NCBI GenBank assembly: GCA_016618085.1
Contig: JABLTG010000019.1
Location: forward strand, 62,001-126,000
Length of the DNA stretch: 64,000 bases
Direction of reading: 5' to 3'
From: Neovahlkampfia damariscottae
Taxonomy: Eukaryota
Shown piece after piece: positions 49,701-62,156 of the stretch (its first letter is position 1; each line of letters starts with the position of its first letter). A program made the position numbers and the translations under genes. The notes beneath the pieces are model-generated. The model did no database searches. It saw nothing but the letters and a program-made list of their open reading frames with translations, and was not told the DNA's origin.

Positions 49701-52700
49701 TAAAATTGATGCATAAGGAAGATTTACAAGATTTAAATTTGTTGAAATTCTTTCATTCAAAGTTGAATTGTATTTCCAAATCATTGTCAAGTATTGATCA
49801 ATATCTGTTAAGAATGAATTTCTTGAGCAAACAATATTTGATGCAGAAAGTGATGCACTTGTTTTTTCAAAAACTTGTGAATTTGAATCATCAGCTTTTG
49901 TTGATTGACATGCAATACGAGTATTATTTAAATAATTAGAGCATGATGAAACAGTATAATTGATTGTTATTTCAGTTTCATGAGGTAACATGACATAATT
50001 TTGAATGTTCAATGGTACTTTAGTGCATGCATTTGGGTCTAATGTATCACACCAATATGATTTTTGATGATTAATAGTTGACACTGAAAAAGTATTTTCA
50101 ATCCAAGTTTCAGGATAAATACCACATCCTCTATTTCCATCCATTATTAAACTATTGAAATTTGTGAAATTAGTTTTATCAATTTCGTAGTAAATTCCTG
50201 AATTTGAAATATCATTATAACTGAAATTAAATCTCTTCAATGAAGATGGAAGAATGTTTACAAAATTTGATGTTGAGAATAACTTATTTTGTGATAAATC
50301 AAGAACTTGTAATGAAGTAAAATTCATCATTGTTGGCAAAGCTCCACTGAAGTTTTGATTGATGAATGAGATTTTTGTTATAGCAAAAGTTGAATCACAT
50401 TCAATTCTACTTGATCCAAAATTTTGATTACAATAACAAGAAGGTCCAGTATCAGTGCAAGTTTTGAAAGTTAATTTGTTGAAAGTACAACCAGTTGTAC
50501 AAGTAGCATTTACAAAATCATAAAGATCTGAAAATTGACAACTATGACCATAGTATGAAGGTTGACATTGACAAGTATCAGGAGCAGTACAATTTCCATG
50601 AGAAGAACAAACTGTTGATTGACTTGAATCAAAACCAAAACAGATATTATTTTGACATTCATTTCCATTGTATCCACTATTACATGAGCAGTTATTTGGA
50701 GCCACACAAGAACCTCTTGTGATACTTGTGCATGAGTTTGATAAATTTGCAGATTTCAAGTAACAAATTGGAAATTGACAATTGTTTCCATCATATTGAC
50801 CAATATTACAAACACAATTATCAGGAGCAGTACAACTTCCATGAGCAGAACAAACACCAGCAAGTCCACTAGATACTCCATTACAAACATTGAATTGACA
50901 ATCATTTCCATCGTAACCAGTATTGCAAGTACAATTATTTGGTAAAGGACATGAACCTCTTGAATTGCATACATTTGGTTGGGTAGCGTTGATACTGTTA
51001 CAAATTGCTATTTCACATTTGATTCCAGTCCATCCAGGTGAACAAGAACATGTATCAGGGTTTGTACATGTTCCGTGACCAGAACAAACTGAAGAATTTA
51101 AAGCACTGATTGAATAGCAAACAGGAGAAGCACAATTACTTCCTGACCATTGAGGTGTGCAAGAGCATTGATTTGGTCCAACACAAGTTCCTTTTGCTCC
51201 AGAACAATCATTCTCATTGTTACAATTGAAAGTACTGCAATTTGAGTTTTGCCATCCAGCAAAACAAGAACAATTGTTTGCTCCAACACATAAACCATGA
51301 CCAGTACAATCACCTACTTCATCACAAACGGTGATATTACAAAAAGTTCCTGAATATCCTCCAGCACTGCAAATACAAGTATTTGGTGATGTACATTCAC
51401 CATTTCCTGAGCAAACTTTTGAATCTTGAGCATCCAATCCAAAGCAAATAGGTATTGAGCAGTTACTTCCTGTGTATTGTGAATTACAGCTACAGTTATT
51501 TGGACCAACACAAGTACCTTGACCAGAACATGAATTTACATCAACACAGGTAATAGTTCCACAATCATTATCAGTCCATCCAGGTTGGCATTGACAATTA
51601 TTTGGTGAAATGCAAGTACCATGAGATGAGCAGACAGCGGCATCATTTGATGATTTTCCATTACAAATGTTGAATTCACAGTTATTTCCAGTGTATCCAG
51701 TGTCACAAAAACATTGTTCTTTTCCAATACAATTTCCATGAGAGCTACAAACAGTTGAATCATTTGATAATTTTCCTGAGCAAGTGTAAATGTTACATTG
51801 GTCTCCGAAGTATCCAGCTGAGCAAACACAGTTATTTGGTGAAACACATGTCCCATTTCCACTACACACTTGTGAGGTACTTGTTGAAGGAATATCATAA
51901 CAAACAGGATTTTGACAATCATTTCCTTGATGAGTTGAATCGCAAAGACATGTATTTGGTGCAATACATCTTCCATTTGAACTACAAACAGAAACATCAT
52001 TTGATTGTTTTCCATTACAAATAGCGTACTCACAATTTGTACCTGTGAAACCAGTTGAGCAATCACAAGAATTTGGTGAAACACAAGTTCCATTTCCACC
52101 TGAACAAGCAATTGGGTCCAATTGACCATTACAATAAGAGTTTTGACAAATATTTCCTTCGTAACCAGTTGAACAAGAACACGTATCTGGAGCTGTGCAA
52201 GATCCATGTGAACTGCAAACAGTAGGATCATTGGATAATTTTCCATCACAAACAAAATATTGACATTCATTTCCACCATATCCTGTTGTACATCCGCATG
52301 TATTTGGAGCATTACAAGTTCCTCTGGTACCAAAACAAGCAGCTGGATCTATGCTGCCAAAGCAAACATTTGTTTGGCAATCCGTTCCTGTGTATCCTGC
52401 ATTACAAACACAAGAATCTGGATTTTGGCATGAACCTTGGCCATTACAAACAGTCACATCATTGGACAATTTCCCATTGCAAATAATGTATTCACAATTT
52501 GTTCCACCATGTCCAGCAGCACAACTACAAGTATTTGGAGAGCTACACGTTCCATTGGTTCCAGAACAAGCATTTGGATCTATTAATCCATTACATTTTG
52601 GAGTTTGGCATTGATCACCTGTGTATTGACTTGCATCTGTACAAGTACAAATATCAGGTGAAGTACATGATCCATGAGCAGAACAAACATCACCAGCATT

Positions 52701-54720
52701 TGATAATTTACCGAAGCATTCAATAAATTCACAGTCATTACCAGAATATCCTGAATTGCAAGTACAAGAATTTGGTGAACCACAAGAGCCACGTCCATTA
52801 CAAACACCTGCTGTACCAGCTAAAATATTATTACATTTTGGCGTTTGGCATTGATTTCCACCCCATAATGAAGATTGTGTACAAACACAATTGTCAGTGG
52901 ATGTACAAGTACCACGACCTGAGCAAACAGTTGGATCATCTTTATCAATGGAATAACAAGAAAATGAAGGTGTTTGACAATATGTTCCAGCCCACCCTGT
53001 GTTACAGTTACATTTATCAATATTTCCTTGTTTTATTAAAAATTTAAAATAACTTACCAGAATCATCTGTTTTACAATCTCCATTGTTATTACAATAGCC
53101 GGAAAATCCAATAATATCAATATTTCTATAAGTAGCAGTGATAGATTGATAAGTACCAAGTCCAAATTTTGCAAGTCCAACATAAAATGTTCCTGTGATT
53201 GGTACTGTTGCACTTCCAATGGTAGTATAGGTTGTTCCATCTTGTGAAAAAGAGCAAGTGAAAGTTGTACCAGATTTTTGAAGTTTTACATATCTTGGAG
53301 AACCTACATTTGATTCTGTTTGCACTAGAACTCCGGCAGCATTTGCTGCTGTACGATAAAAATGGAATCCTTTTGTATCAGTTTTATGACCACATGCAGA
53401 CATTATTCCACCTCCAGCATAACCAACTGCATTTTCAATATCTGCTCTTCCTTGTAATTCTTGACGAATAGCCACACCAACTGGAGCATTATAAGAACCT
53501 GAATCTACGCGAGCAATTATTGTTCCTTCTCCAGACACTTCTTTAAAGGCAAATTGCATTCCATCATATACATCACCATTCCTTAATGCAGTGAATCCAG
53601 CTTTTGAAAGAGTAGCAGTAGTTGCTGCAAATGAATAAGCAGGATTTTGATCTGAACCACCCATTTCAGGGAAAATATTATTAGTTCCAATAACTCTTGT
53701 TCTCCAACTATTATCACCACATTGATTAAATGTTGCTGAAAAAAAAATATTAAACATAACTTTTTTTTTTTTTACGAATTGTTTTACAACCAGGAGTTGT
53801 TTGTTCATAGGAATAATATTGTGTTGAGGTGCATGATGTTGTTGCTGAAAATCCATATATTTTGATATTTGACAAATGGACATTGTCTGCATAACTGAGA
53901 CCAGGTTGCATCGCTTAAAAAGTGAATAAAAAAGAACAAGAATTACCAATTCCAAAATTCTAATAAAGTAAAAAAAAAAAAAAAAAAAATACCAGTGCTG
54001 AGATAGCATTATTAGAAATTGTACTTCCAACTTGAATCCATGTTAATTCATCATCAGAAACATAGGCTTTATAATTTGTTCCAATTTTTTCCAATCTTAA
54101 AAAAAAGAATAAGTAGAACAGTTGAGTACTTGATATATCCAAAATAAAATAGACTCATTATAGGTATTTGAAAATTTTGATTACTGACAGCAGAATTTGA
54201 GGTTCTTGAAACTAATCTAACATTTGGATAAGAACCTGTGGTGTCATATCTATTTTGAACTACAAAACCAACTGAAGGTGATCTTTGGTTCAAGTTGTTA
54301 TTATTGTTTACTACACCTCTGAACTAACAAAAAAAATAAAAAAAAAAAAAAAAAAAACCATCAATCCAACAAAAGTACCACCAGATTGTTCACCATAAGC
54401 CTTGTTAAAAGCGGTTCCTGAGTCGTCTGATTTTCCAATTTTCATAGTAATAGATCCATCACCAGTAAAAGTCTTTTTGACGTTAAAAAAATTGATGGAA
54501 TTACCCAAAACATGAAGGCTATATTTGCGTCTTGGCCAGTTGAATAGTCATCAATTGTATTCGCTTTGTTATTCACCTGAAGGTATAAGTCTTTACCAGT
54601 GAGAGTATTTGTTTGCCATGTTCTTAAACCTCCAACTAATAACGTTGGATTTGACAGTGCGGAAATATAATTTTCAAATGTTATTAGAAACAAAAACAGA
54701 AGGGTTATTTTGTGCTTCAT
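37794..54720 (-). CDS. Giant (~5,560 aa) cell-surface multi-pass protein: signal peptide, 2 ConA/DUF1349-like domains, >20 EGF-like repeats, LRR, many Ig/IPT-like repeats, DUF2341-like domain, Cys-rich GCC/ephrin-receptor-like repeats, multi-TM region, cytoplasmic tail
   Basis: Seven 5' introns join the signal-peptide exon (ATG 54720) to a ~15.2-kb last exon (53026-37794); domains read from the translation. Confidence 0.85.
50540..53010 (-). repeat. Tandem ~39-aa EGF/tenascin-like coding repeats (CSxHGxCxxPxxCxCxxGYxGxxC)
   Basis: Regular Cys spacing is directly visible in the translation. Confidence 0.9.
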
Positions 54721-55014
54721 TTTTATAGTGCTAACTCGTTTTTCTCTAATAAATTTGATTGATTGGTCTATTTTTCAAGGTCAAATTTATATCAAAAAAA
54801 GAAATATTAAAGCAAAAAATAACTCAAGTTGCGTCAAAAAAAAAAAAAACAGACAAATATCCAATCGGGTATTTTTCTGAAGAAAGAAGAACCAATCAGA
54901 ATATTAGGAATCAATCAAATTATCAGATAATTTGACAAAAAAATATTACAAAAGTGCTTCATTTTTAATGCGTGATCATCTAAAAATAAATTTCTTGGAA
55001 TGAAAAAACAAAAA

Positions 55015-55134
55015 GCTTACCCACAATGCTCCTGGTTCCAGGTGGTCTCCCTCCCTAGTACCAAGAGCCTGCAGGGGCTTAACTTCGAAAATCGGACGTT
55101 ATGCGGTGTATTCTCCTAAGGTAAGAGACAATTA
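55015..55134 (-). rRNA. Divergent 5S rRNA gene or 5S pseudogene
   Basis: GC-rich ~120-nt island: GAATACACCG..CGTCCGAT..GAAGTTAAGC..GGTACTAGG..GGGAGACCACCTGG-AA followed by a T5 Pol III terminator. Helices II, IV and V pair; helices I and III are weak. Confidence 0.7.
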
Positions 55135-55255
55135 TTCTATACACAACAACGTCACTCAGTTCGAAAAAAATCAAGTGATGACAAGATCAATCATGCAAAG
55201 TGTTCTGGAAATATAAAAAAATCCTGAAGGTGTTAAAAATCACATGAAAGTGAAC

Positions 55256-56540
55256 TTAAATATTTATATTTAATCCAATTATCAAAAACAGCATTGAAAC
55301 TAATGACAAAATATAAAATTCTTTCTCAAATGAAAAAGAAAAATTATCATCAACCTTCAAATATTGTTTGTTTTCTTTCTTCAATTTTTTTTCAATTTTT
55401 TCTTCAATCAAATTCTTTGGTTTATTCATTTTATAAGTTGAATGAATTGGTGATATTTTCAAATCACTTCCAAAAAAATCAGTTAATGGAATTTGATCAG
55501 GCGATCTTTTCATTAAATCAATTTTCCAATTTGGATGAGATTGAATCAAATTTGGATCAAAAGATCTCATTAAATCACCAATTGTACCATGTCTTTCTTT
55601 AAAAAACATCAATGTGTAATATGTAAATCTGTCTAAAATTGAAATTCCAATCTGTGTATCAAAATGATGCTAAAACAAGAATAAGATTAGTTTTGAAACT
55701 TACAGAATATGAGTTCTCACCAACTCTTGAACTTGAAATAGCCATTACATTTGGTGTATATAAACTGGAATATAAAGATTGTCCTTGACATGTATCAGAA
55801 ATGAATAAAATCTCATTGTATCTTTTTTTCACATGCATTTGTGAAAATGCATCTGCTAAATCCATTGAACTAATTTCTTCTTGATCTTGAAATTTTAAAA
55901 AATCTTCACCTCCATGTCCAGCTTTCAAAACAATTAGTTTTTTTTTTTTTGTTTTTTTTCTACTTAAATATAAGAGTATATTAGAATGCTCATCTGATAA
56001 TAATCTTTTGGATCTTGGTACATTTTCATCATGTCTATCTAATAATACACGTAAAAAATTTTCAACTGTAACTTCATAGTTACGATAATCAACTTGAACA
56101 TTTTCAGGGTATAAGTTGTTTTCTTTTTGACGTGAATTGAAAATTTGAGCCGGAAATGAATTCCTTGCATTACAACCAATATCTGAATTCATTCAATTAA
56201 AAATAATTTTTTTCTTACCGTCAGCCAACACTCCAAAATTTTAAATTAAATTTGTTTGTCAAACTTAAAATGATATTTGAATCAGGTATTCCTAAATTTT
56301 TTACAATTTGATAGAAACTCAAAGTATTAGCAATGTGTCTGTAATTAAACCAAAATCTACTGGTACAAACTGAAAACGAAATTAAAAATAAAAAGAGTCA
56401 CCTAAAACAGCCCAATTATTGGTATGTTTTTTGTTATTGAAGAATCTTTGAGTTTTCTGTTGTTGTTCTTGAGTATATCCAAAAATAAAATTTATAAAAA
56501 AAAACAACAAACAAACTGAAAGCAACGAAAAGCACTTCAT
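55256..56540 (-). CDS. GPI8: GPI transamidase catalytic subunit GPI8/PIG-K, 5 introns and a 12-nt exon
   Basis: [49 protein letters not shown], signal peptide and C-terminal TM. Confidence 0.96.
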
Positions 56541-56599
56541 TGGATAAAAAAATTAACCAACAATAAACGACAATTTTGTAAAAAGAAGAGAAAAAAAAA

Positions 56600-56870
56600 A
56601 TGGGAAACACAAACACAAATTTAACAAAAGATAAACACATATATAACACAGAACAAGATCCATGTCACAAAAAAGCATGTGAAATTCAAACATGTCTTTC
56701 AAAAAATAATTTCTCACAAGAAAAGTGTAAAGAAATAGTAATTTCAATCATATCATTTTTTAACATAGTTTTTTTATTAGGTTGATATTTACAATGATTG
56801 CATGAAAAAACAAATGGAAAATAAATTTGAAAAAGAAGAAATAAAAAGGAAAGGAAGAAAACAAAATTAA
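56600..56870 (+). CDS. CMC4: Twin Cx9C mitochondrial intermembrane-space protein CMC4-like, 1 intron
   Basis: DPCHKKACEIQTCLSKNNFSQEKCKEI|VDIYNDC; intron 56738-56780. Confidence 0.75.
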
Positions 56871-56874
56871 AATT

Positions 56875-57619
56875 TTATTGTAATTGATCATCTAAATTTG
56901 CAACTGAACTTAAAAATGGAACTGGACTTTTTCTCTTATTTTTTTTATGTTTTTTTTCTAATTCTTGTTGTACTGTTTTACGATAAATTTCTATTTGTTT
57001 GATGATTTCTTCAACTGCAATATCAACACCTTCTTCTTCAATACAACTTGTTTCAACATAAGAACATTTGAATTTATCCGACATTTTTAAAGCTGCTAAA
57101 GTTTGAACTTTAATTTGTTCTTCTGGAATGTCTTTTTTTGTTCCAACCAAAGCAACTGGATATTTATCAACTTTAAATGATAAATTGGTTTCTTTGACTA
57201 TATACTTGTACAATGCTTCTATATGAGAAATTGAAGTGTCAACTCCAAACATTAATAAATAACCATCATATTTTCCAAAAACAAATTTTTTATCTTTTGT
57301 GTCAATATCAACGCATTCAAATTCACTTAAAAGAATTTAATTTTTTTTGTTTTTTTTACAGTTCATAATTATCTTTTGTTTGTGGAAGAAAAAGTGTATT
57401 TGAGTTTTTACTTTTATAACCATCTTTTTCTGTTGCCACCCAATGTTTTACAAAAGTTTGTTTTCCTGTTCCTTTTTCTCCTATCAAAGCCTATTTTTTT
57501 TTTTTTACATTGTATTTTTTTGTTACAATTTTATAATTAATAAAGTGTTGTTGAAATGTAGATTCAACAAATTGTTCTCCTTGTGATTCAGTTGAAACGA
57601 GAAGAGTGTTAAGAGACAT
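56875..57619 (-). CDS. Highly divergent Ras-superfamily (pseudo)GTPase, 2 introns
   Basis: YKI|ALIGEKGTGKQT, YDGYLLMFGVD, LVGTKKD, YVETSC; no DxxG and no CaaX. Confidence 0.75.
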
Positions 57620-57795
57620 TAATTTTCCTTTTGAATGACGTTGATGTAAAAATTAATTTGATTGGAGGAATACCACAACTACTTATTCCTAATCTGATGA
57701 AAGGAATTACAAATTTTTGAAATTTACGTTCAAACCAGATTTGTTGTTGGACAGAAACAAAAATACCAAATCCAGATAAAGAGAAATTTAAAAAT

Positions 57796-59112
57796 TTATT
57801 TTTTTTTGTCTTCTTTTGCGACAACTTTTTTGATAACACCAACAGCAACTGTTTGTCTCATATCTCTAACAGCGAATCTTCCTAATGGTGCAAATTTTGA
57901 GTATTCTTCAACAACCATAGGTTTTGTAGGTTCAAGAACAACAATACAAGCTTCGTCTTTCTTTACAAATTTAGGGTCTTTTTCTAATTCTTTTCCTGAA
58001 CGTTTGTCAAGTTTTTGTTCAATATGTTTAAATTTGCAAGCAATGTGAGCTGTGTGACAATCTAAAACTGGAGTATATCCGTCTGAGATTTGACCTGGAT
58101 GGTTAAGAACGATAACTTGAGCTGTGAATGTTTCAGTTTCTTTAGGTGGATCTTGTTTTTCATTTCCGCATACGAAACCTCTTCTAAGTTGATTAACAGC
58201 AATACCTTTAACGTTAAATCCGATATTGTCACCTGGATGTGCTTCTTTAACTGATTCATGATGCATTTCAATTGATTTAATTTCAGTTGGTTTTAATGTT
58301 GATGGAGCGAATCTAACTGTATCACCTGCTTTAGCAATACCAGTTTCAACTCTTCCTACTGGCACAGTTCCAATACCACCGATTTTATAAACATCTTGGA
58401 GTGGAATTCTGAGTGGTTTATCAGTTGGTCTTTTTGGTGGTACAATTTTATCAAGAGCTTCGATTAAACAATCTCCTTTGTACCATTTCATGTTTTCTGA
58501 TTTTTCTAACATGTTATCACCAGCCCATCCTGAAATTGGGATGATTGGGATTTTTTCAACTTTGTATCCTGATTTTTTTAAGAAAGATTGAACTTCTTTG
58601 CAAATTTCAGTGTATCTTTTTTCATCATAGTTAACAGTTTTGTCGTCCATTTTGTTAACGCAAACAATCATTTGGTTGACACCAAGTGTTTTAGCGAGAA
58701 GAGCATGTTCTTTTGTTTGACCTTCTTTTGAGATACCAGCTTCAAATTCTCCTTGTCCTGAAGCAACGATAAGGATAGCAACATCAGCTTGTGAAGTTCC
58801 AGTAATCATGTTTTTAATGAAATCTCTGTGTCCTGGAGCATCAATGATAGTGAAAACGAATTTTGGTGTTTCAAATTTCCATAAAGCAATATCAATTGTG
58901 ATACCTCTTTCTCTTTCTGCTTTAAGCTTGTCTAAAACCCATGCATATTTGAAAGAAGATTTTCCTAATTCAGCAGCTTCTTTTTCGAATTTTTCGATTT
59001 GTCTTTTGTCAATACCACCGCATTTATAGATTAAATGTCCTGTAGTTGTTGATTTTCCTGAGTCGACGTGACCAATAACAACGAGATTAACATGTGGTTT
59101 ATCTTTTCCCAT
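57796..59112 (-). CDS. EEF1A: Translation elongation factor 1-alpha (intronless)
   Basis: [33 protein letters not shown]. Confidence 0.99.
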   Translation of the reverse strand: MGKDKPHVNLVVIGHVDSGKSTTTGHLIYKCGGIDKRQIEKFEKEAAELGKSSFKYAWVLDKLKAERERGITIDIALWKFETPKFVFTIIDAPGHRDFIKNMITGTSQADVAILIVASGQGEFEAGISKEGQTKEHALLAKTLGVNQMIVCVNKMDDKTVNYDEKRYTEICKEVQSFLKKSGYKVEKIPIIPISGWAGDNMLEKSENMKWYKGDCLIEALDKIVPPKRPTDKPLRIPLQDVYKIGGIGTVPVGRVETGIAKAGDTVRFAPSTLKPTEIKSIEMHHESVKEAHPGDNIGFNVKGIAVNQLRRGFVCGNEKQDPPKETETFTAQVIVLNHPGQISDGYTPVLDCHTAHIACKFKHIEQKLDKRSGKELEKDPKFVKKDEACIVVLEPTKPMVVEEYSKFAPLGRFAVRDMRQTVAVGVIKKVVAKEDKKK

Positions 59113-59490
59113 CTTCTTTCTTCTTGCTTGTAAAAATTTTTAGCGAATTAGAAAGAAAATCGAAATAATTTATAACCATTGGTCAACTCTGGAGATACTT
59201 TGGGAAGTATTTTCATTTGTTGGTTTAATTTCCGAACCAATCAAACCCAACTGGAAGGAAAAACAAGTGTTCGTTTTCAACTTTGATGCTTCAAGGAAAA
59301 TTTCATTGGACAAAGTAAACATTCCAATTCAAAAAAAAATTTGATCAACCGACAAAAAATGAGACAAGTTTCTTTTTCAAAAACTTAAAAACTTGTTGAT
59401 GCTCCATGGAATTGAGATTTAACAATATTTTTAGTGAAAAAAAATCAACATGGAAATTAAGAATGACTAATTGTTTATTGATTGATTAAA

Positions 59491-60507
59491 TTATACTTGT
59501 ATTAAACCTGGAAACCAGAAAGTGTTATCCACTGAGTCAATCCAAGCCATACCTTCTTGTAACAAAAGATTCAGAGTAGAATCAACTCTATCAGTAGTCC
59601 AACTCAACTCTTTCATCAATGAATCTAAAGAATAAAAAAATTTCCTCAAAAATGCCTTACCTTTTTTAATATAACCACTTTTCTTTTCAAAAAAAATTTT
59701 CAATCAAAAATTGGTCACCTTACCTGGGCTTTAAAAATTTTAAAATTAATTTTTTTTTGTTATACCCATTGTTAACACAATCGTATGATCTCTTGAAAGT
59801 TCACATGGTACACTTTGAACAATTTCTTTGTTTCCAATTTTCAAAATGGTGAATCCATTTCCTAAAGGTTTAATTGATTTTATAGCTTGAACAATATCAT
59901 TCTTTGATATTTTTTGTGAGTTCTTCGATCTAATCTCAATGATTCTGATAAAAAAAAAAATGAAAAAAAAAAAAAAAATTCTAACCTATTTGTCAAATCA
60001 TCCAACTCGATCAAGCCACCATTCTTTATAAAATGATAAATCAAAGTTATGAATTACTTGATCTTTTGTTTTTAAACAAACTTTTTCTTTAATTTTTTTT
60101 TTTTTTTACCTTCCACGATTTGAACTGATAATTCATAATAAAAATCACCAACTCCCAACAGTTTAGCCCAAAATCCTTTTGAAGCTAAGTTTTTTCATTT
60201 TAATTTTTTTTCATAAAAAAGCTTACAAGCAAGTGGATCAACTCCTATTTTCAAACACATTTGATGAAAATGAAATCTAAATTGTGGATCTTTGTTGATG
60301 TCTTCTTTATGATTTTTTGCAAACTCTTCTAAACTCTTTTGAAAAAAAACCATTTTTTGACTCATCTATTCAGTTTTTTAAATTTCAAAATTTTTAAATT
60401 ACAGCTTCTGTTTGAAAAGAGTTTAATTCTGATCCAACTGTTTCTTTCATTCGATTTTTTGTATCATTTCCTTTTTTTATTCCACCAATACCAACACCTC
60501 TCCTCAT
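59491..60507 (-). CDS. SNF8: ESCRT-II subunit SNF8/Vps22, 8 introns and a 5-nt exon
   Basis: [65 protein letters not shown]. Confidence 0.95.
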
Positions 60508-60588
60508 TAACTTTCTCCACAAATTTGACCAATAAAAATATCAACGAAATTGAAGAGATTTAGTCAAAAAATATTCACAAAGTTTTAT

Positions 60589-62059
60589 TCAAAAATAAAA
60601 TACATTTTCTTTAATCACTTGATTTTTGAATGGATTTCTAAATGGACAACAGACATCTTCATCTTTTTCATTTGATTTGCTGATCACAGTCAAATCAAAA
60701 GGATTCAATTGATATCGATACCAAAATATTTTATCAATTTCAGATAATATGAAATGATCATCTGGAAATGATTCAAAAAATAAAGGATCCAACTCTAAAA
60801 TGTTTCTAATAAATAAGTCTAAATTCTCATGGTTTTTGAAATTCAATTCTTTTGCAATTATTTCTAATTTACCATTTTTATCATCAAAAATGAATTTATT
60901 TTCTGTTGATGATGAAAAAGTTTGGATTTTATCTTGTTTTTTTACAATACTTTTTTCTTTTCTTTTAGTAAAGAATGGATGATGATTTGGTGTTTTTGGT
61001 GTATAAGGAGATGATGTTATGTAATCATCAGATGTCCATTCTTTCTTTGTTTCATAAATTTCATCATTTAATTTTTGATCATGATTTGAGAAGTTGATGA
61101 TTACATCACAAAAAATTTCTGTCGATGAATATTTCGATTTTGAAATTGTTCTGTAATGTTTAAATTGATACTCTCCTGTATTCTTTATTTTTTTCAATAT
61201 TCTTCCTATTTTTGAAATAGTTAAAAAAAATCAATTCAAAACTTCCAAGACCATACAAGTTGAATTTTATTCCTATTTCTTCACAAATTTCTGAGATAAA
61301 ATGAAATTCATTATTAATAAACGGATGATAATATTCTTTACAATTCCATTTGTTGAGTACTTTTGCCAATTTTGAAAAAACAATGGATGATTTTTTTTTG
61401 AAAACTTTTGTTGAAGTTGTGGCACTTTTACGAATAAACTTTTTAAAAAAAAAAATGTTTACGTCACAAATGAAGAACCTATCAACATTTTTGGTACGCA
61501 AAGAGAAGATTCATTAAAATCCAATAATAAAGGTCCAACACTAAAAAATGTGAAAAAAATTTCTCTTAACGAACCTGATATACAACTTCAGTTTGCCACT
61601 GAACTGACTTGGTAACTTAAAATCTTTGATAAAAGGATTCAAAAAATGATTCAATTCATTTTCAATTTTATATTTTTCCATTAAGAATATCCTAATTTTA
61701 ACATTTTCTTTTTTTTTATAAAGCCCTTCAAAATAATCATTCTCATCTAATTCAAAGTCATTTGACTGTGATTTTTTAGTATATATTTTTTGTTTTACTA
61801 ATTTCAGTCTTGTTGAAAATTCTGTTGAGAGATAAGGTTCATCTAAATAGGATTTTTCAAACATCAAATTTTCTAAAGTATTTATATCTAAACTTTGATT
61901 TTCATTCATGGTGGAACCACAGACATTTCTCAATTTTGTTGAAATTACAACTGAGTTTTTTGAAAACTTTTTTGGTTCCATTGATTTACTGGATGACATA
62001 AAAACTGAATCCAGAGTATCAGATTCAGCACTGGAAAATGAAAATAATTTCTTTTTCAT
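60589..62059 (-). CDS. Hypothetical protein (VGPLLLDFNESSLCVPK ... KWN ... CPFRNP), ~3 introns
   Basis: The ORF segments join in frame through short GT-AG introns. Confidence 0.6.
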
Positions 62060-62156
62060 CTTTTCTTTCGCACAAAATGAAAACCGTTGAAAAAACTCTG
62101 TTGGCCAATGGAAAAAGAAACTATCCATTTAAAAGAAAATATTTTTATTTTAATAT

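Noticed and set aside
50510..53047. Numerous alternative-frame and antisense ORFs over the EGF repeats
   Set aside because: Shadow ORFs caused by Cys/Gly/Thr codon bias; no independent coding signal.
53044..53240. ORF-track start of the 5148-aa protein (MEQPILPL...)
   Set aside because: Out-of-frame read-through of the previous exon and intron 53027-53057; the real start is the signal-peptide exon at 54720.
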